From assembly GCA_964530955.1 (NCBI GenBank), contig CAZHCL010000005.1:1-46683 (forward strand): 46,683 bases of DNA, written 5' to 3'. Origin of the DNA: Candidatus Woesearchaeota archaeon. GTDB lineage: Archaea > Nanobdellota > Nanobdellia > Pacearchaeales > GW2011-AR1. The translations under genes and the position numbers were made by a program. Below, one piece after another: positions 44,178 to 46,683 of this stretch. The notes under the pieces are model-generated. The model saw nothing but the letters and a program-made list of their open reading frames with translations, searched no databases and was not told where the DNA came from. Every line of letters begins with the position of its first letter. The first letter of the stretch is position 1.

Positions 44178-45068
44178 ATGAAAATGAGAAAAATGCACTG
44201 GGTAGGAATTATTTTTGCTGCAATTGTAATTCTATTAGATATTCTATTCTTTTCAGGTAGTGATAACAGCAGCTTTTTCATGTTCCTTATTGGAATTGCT
44301 CTTGCGTGTGTAATACTTCCATTCATAATAGGACTCGTAATTGATAATAAAAGAGATCAGGAAATTGCAGAGATGTTTCTTGAATTTTCAAGAAATCTGG
44401 CTGAAAGCGTTTCGACAGGAACTCCCATAAGTAAGAGTATAGTTAATATGAAAGAGAAAAACTACGGTCCTTTGAGTCCTTACATTCAAAAGCTGGCAAA
44501 TCAAATATCCATAGGTATTCCATTGAACCAGGCATTGCAAAACTTTGCCTATGATGTTGACAATCAGGTTATAACTAGAGCGATAACTCTTATAGCTGAG
44601 GCTGAAAAAGCGGGTGGAGAAATAGATTACATACTTGAATCTTCTGCCAAGTCAATCGCCGAAATTGAAAAACTAAAGAAAGAAAGAAAAGCAGCAGTAT
44701 ATAATATAACCGTTCAGGGATATATCATATTCTTTATATTTATAGGGATAATGCTTGTCATGGAATTCAAAATATTGCCTTTAGCTGCTGGAATAAATTC
44801 TTTCGGAGGATTAAATGCTAATTTTGGGAATATTGTGGGTGGAAATGTAAACAGTATTGCCACGAGTGCTTCAACCGCTTCAAGTTCAAATCCTGCAACT
44901 GACTTATCAAGTCCTTTGTTTTTCCTTCTTATAACTCAGGGATTGTTTGCAGGTCTTGTAATAGGTAAAGTGACTGAAGGTAGCCTCAAAGCAGGAATAA
45001 AACATTCGTTTATACTTGCAATAGCTGCTTTCCTTATATCTACTGGAGCAAAAGCATTGTTTGGCTAA
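44178..45068 (+). CDS. Second TadB/TadC-like platform protein
   Basis: MFLEFSRNLAESV.TG, YGPLS..I.KL.NQ...GIP, AEKAGG, QGLFAGL.IGK..EG.L.AGIKH. Confidence 0.9.
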   Translation: MKMRKMHWVGIIFAAIVILLDILFFSGSDNSSFFMFLIGIALACVILPFIIGLVIDNKRDQEIAEMFLEFSRNLAESVSTGTPISKSIVNMKEKNYGPLSPYIQKLANQISIGIPLNQALQNFAYDVDNQVITRAITLIAEAEKAGGEIDYILESSAKSIAEIEKLKKERKAAVYNITVQGYIIFFIFIGIMLVMEFKILPLAAGINSFGGLNANFGNIVGGNVNSIATSASTASSSNPATDLSSPLFFLLITQGLFAGLVIGKVTEGSLKAGIKHSFILAIAAFLISTGAKALFG

Positions 45069-45862
45069 ATTTCAGCAGAGGGGTTTTTTATTAGGTAAAA
45101 AATTTCATTGCTCGTATTTATTATTTCAAAAGAGTAGTTGTTTCTTTCAAGAATTGACTCGAACCATTTTCTTATGGGATTATTCATTGATTTTCCTGAA
45201 AGCTTTGCTGTTGAAAAGCTGATTAGAAAATACTTACATTTTATTTTTTTAAGTATTGCTTCGGTTACTTCATACTTCCTCTTACCAAATAAGTCGAGTA
45301 CTTTAAGAACAAGGCAGATATCTGCTTCTGGAAATGAATATTCTTCTGTCTTGCTTAGATCAAAAGAGGAAACTTTTCCAGTTATATTTTTTTCTGCAAA
45401 ATATTTTTTTATTAATGAAAGTTCATTCTCATTTATATCGTAAGCATAATATTTTATTTTTGAAGAGCCAAGTGCTATCGGATTTAGCCCGCATCCTAAA
45501 TCCAAAATAGAGGATACTTTTAGTCCATCAATGAGCGACTTCAGTTGATCATATGAAGAAAGCCTTTCTTTCGTTGAAGAATGTGATTTGAGAAGCTGTT
45601 CAAAATTTCCTTCATCTATCATTTTATCTCTATTTTTTGAGCTTGACTGAAATCTTGCATGCATTAGACGTAGAATAGACCTTACTTCTTTTACTATTAG
45701 CTTTCGGTCAAAACTCTTGACTTTTTCCAAATCATTTTCAGAAAGATTTTGCCTTTTAAGTACAAGGGAGAGGGTTTCAACTACCAAAGAATCTTTTATT
45801 CCGCTAATTTCTTTTTTCTTTTTGATTTCTTTGACTATTGAACTTAGGGCCGCGTTTTCCAT
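45065..45862 (-). CDS. ArmA/RmtB/Sgm (FmrO family)-like 16S rRNA m7G1405 methyltransferase
   Basis: LLKSHSSTKERL, VSSILDLGCGLNPIAL, YYAYDI, DICLVLKVL, FLISF....LSGK, WFES, NEIFY in the same order as in ArmA. Start moved to ATG 45862 because the longer call overlaps the divergent gene. Confidence 0.85.
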   Translation of the reverse strand: MENAALSSIVKEIKKKKEISGIKDSLVVETLSLVLKRQNLSENDLEKVKSFDRKLIVKEVRSILRLMHARFQSSSKNRDKMIDEGNFEQLLKSHSSTKERLSSYDQLKSLIDGLKVSSILDLGCGLNPIALGSSKIKYYAYDINENELSLIKKYFAEKNITGKVSSFDLSKTEEYSFPEADICLVLKVLDLFGKRKYEVTEAILKKIKCKYFLISFSTAKLSGKSMNNPIRKWFESILERNNYSFEIINTSNEIFYLIKNPSAEI

Positions 45863-45910
45863 GCCAATTAAAAGAAAAATGTATATAAAGAGCTTATTAT
45901 TTTCATAAAT

Positions 45911-46651
45911 ATGAATAAGAAGGGTGTAAGCCATGTTGAAGTAATTCTCGCATTTCTGCTTTTCATATTTGCAGTTTTCTTTATACTTACTTTATTTCCT
46001 CCCTGGCAGGCCGCTGTTCCCCAAGATAATTCTAAGATTAATCAGCTTTTGCTAAAATTTCAGCAAAATGCTAGCACTGAACTTAGTGAGATGGGAATAC
46101 AAATGAATAATGCTGGAAACCAGCTAAATAATGTGAATAATCTTGCTTTTTTTATACCTCTTAGTCAGGAAAATTTAAACTCTCGAATTGCTGACATTGA
46201 TGGAAGCATTTTTGATAGTTACCCTCAGCAGAATGGTAGTGGGTATGAAATATGTGCTCAAGCCCAGAATGGTAACTGGCCCTATTTCTTTTATATTAGA
46301 ACAAGTCAGCGGATAGCTCAGAGTAGCCTAGATAGCTCTGCCTGCCCTCCCAGCGTGAATGAAGCATATTACACAATTACATCTACTGAACAGAGAAAAG
46401 TATTATCTGAAAAAGGTATTCTTGATCTTAATGATTCTTACTACGGCAATTATAGTGCGTTAAAATCATATCTTGGGGTTTCAGGGCAGGATAATTTTGA
46501 TTTTATGATTAATTTTTCTGATGGGAAAATAATAGAGGGAAAAACTGAAATACCTCAGAATCTTAATGTAAATTCAATAAACAAAAGAATGGAAGTTCTG
46601 CGACTTGATGGAGAAACAGGATTTGCAGATGTCAACATAAGAATATGGTAA
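45911..46651 (+). CDS. Pilin-like protein (E+5 type)
   Basis: MNKKG/VSHVEVILAFLLFIFAVFFIL; TATATAAG box at 45882, 29 nt from the ATG. Confidence 0.8.
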   Translation: MNKKGVSHVEVILAFLLFIFAVFFILTLFPPWQAAVPQDNSKINQLLLKFQQNASTELSEMGIQMNNAGNQLNNVNNLAFFIPLSQENLNSRIADIDGSIFDSYPQQNGSGYEICAQAQNGNWPYFFYIRTSQRIAQSSLDSSACPPSVNEAYYTITSTEQRKVLSEKGILDLNDSYYGNYSALKSYLGVSGQDNFDFMINFSDGKIIEGKTEIPQNLNVNSINKRMEVLRLDGETGFADVNIRIW

Positions 46652-46683
46652 TTAATAGAAGGGGATGGTTAAGAATAGTTGAA
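46645..46683 (+). CDS. 5' fragment of a further pilin-like gene, cut by the window edge
   Basis: ATG GTA ATT AAT AGA AGG GGA TGG TTA AGA ATA GTT GAA = MVINRRG/WLRIVE, a class III-like signal overlapping the upstream stop. Confidence 0.6.
   Translation, partial: MVINRRGWLRIVE

Noticed and set aside
39558-45068. Archaellum (motility) operon
   Set aside because: No FlaH, FlaF, FlaG or FlaX; two platform genes; short pilins rather than archaellins.
1554-45908. Many antisense or alternate-frame ORFs in the track (e.g. 1554-1898, 6333-6788, 13230-13559, 15058-15483, 18340-18711, 19067-19522, 27318-27647, 35874-36257, 39513-39815, 45138-45443)
   Set aside because: They lie within clearly identified genes, show the S/F/L-rich composition of shadow frames and have no promoter or family motif.
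1-46683. CRISPR array, rRNA/tRNA genes, IS elements or provirus
   Set aside because: No regularly spaced direct repeats, tRNA/rRNA signatures, transposase, integrase or capsid motifs were recognised by eye; a tRNAscan-SE/Infernal run would be needed to exclude small RNAs.

Overview
AT-rich archaeal chromosomal segment, most consistent with a DPANN (Nanobdellota, Pacearchaeota/Woesearchaeota-like) genome. That assignment is inferred from the fused PriS-PriL primase, shortened ribosomal proteins and Cys-rich surface proteins. Left half: pyrB, rps2, eno, rpoK, the exosome genes (rrp42/rrp41/rrp4), sdo1, an inverted psmA, an EMC3/DUF106 insertase, secY and the full S10-spc ribosomal protein cluster (rpl3 to rpl15), interrupted by several small accessory genes. 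Middle: an AT-rich island of membrane microproteins and an AN1 zinc-finger membrane protein, a FAM173-like methyltransferase, PCNA divergent from the primase, and a RelE-like toxin-antitoxin pair. Right half: disulfide-rich anchored surface proteins, a thermonuclease-LTD nuclease, a YbaK/ProX deacylase, TrxB and a type IV pilus locus (five class III signal-peptide proteins, ATPase, a 53-aa microprotein, two TadC/FlaJ-like proteins). An ArmA/RmtB-like 16S rRNA methyltransferase sits on the opposite strand inside the pilus locus. Best leads: the ArmA-like methyltransferase; the primase lacking Fe-S cysteines but carrying an 8-Cys insert; a MOSC protein at the usual adk position; and long 5' leaders on rps2 and rpl3 in a window where most promoters sit 29 nt from the ATG (leaderless). 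No rRNA, tRNA, CRISPR array, integrase or transposase was seen. All family calls come from motif recognition by eye, not database searches.
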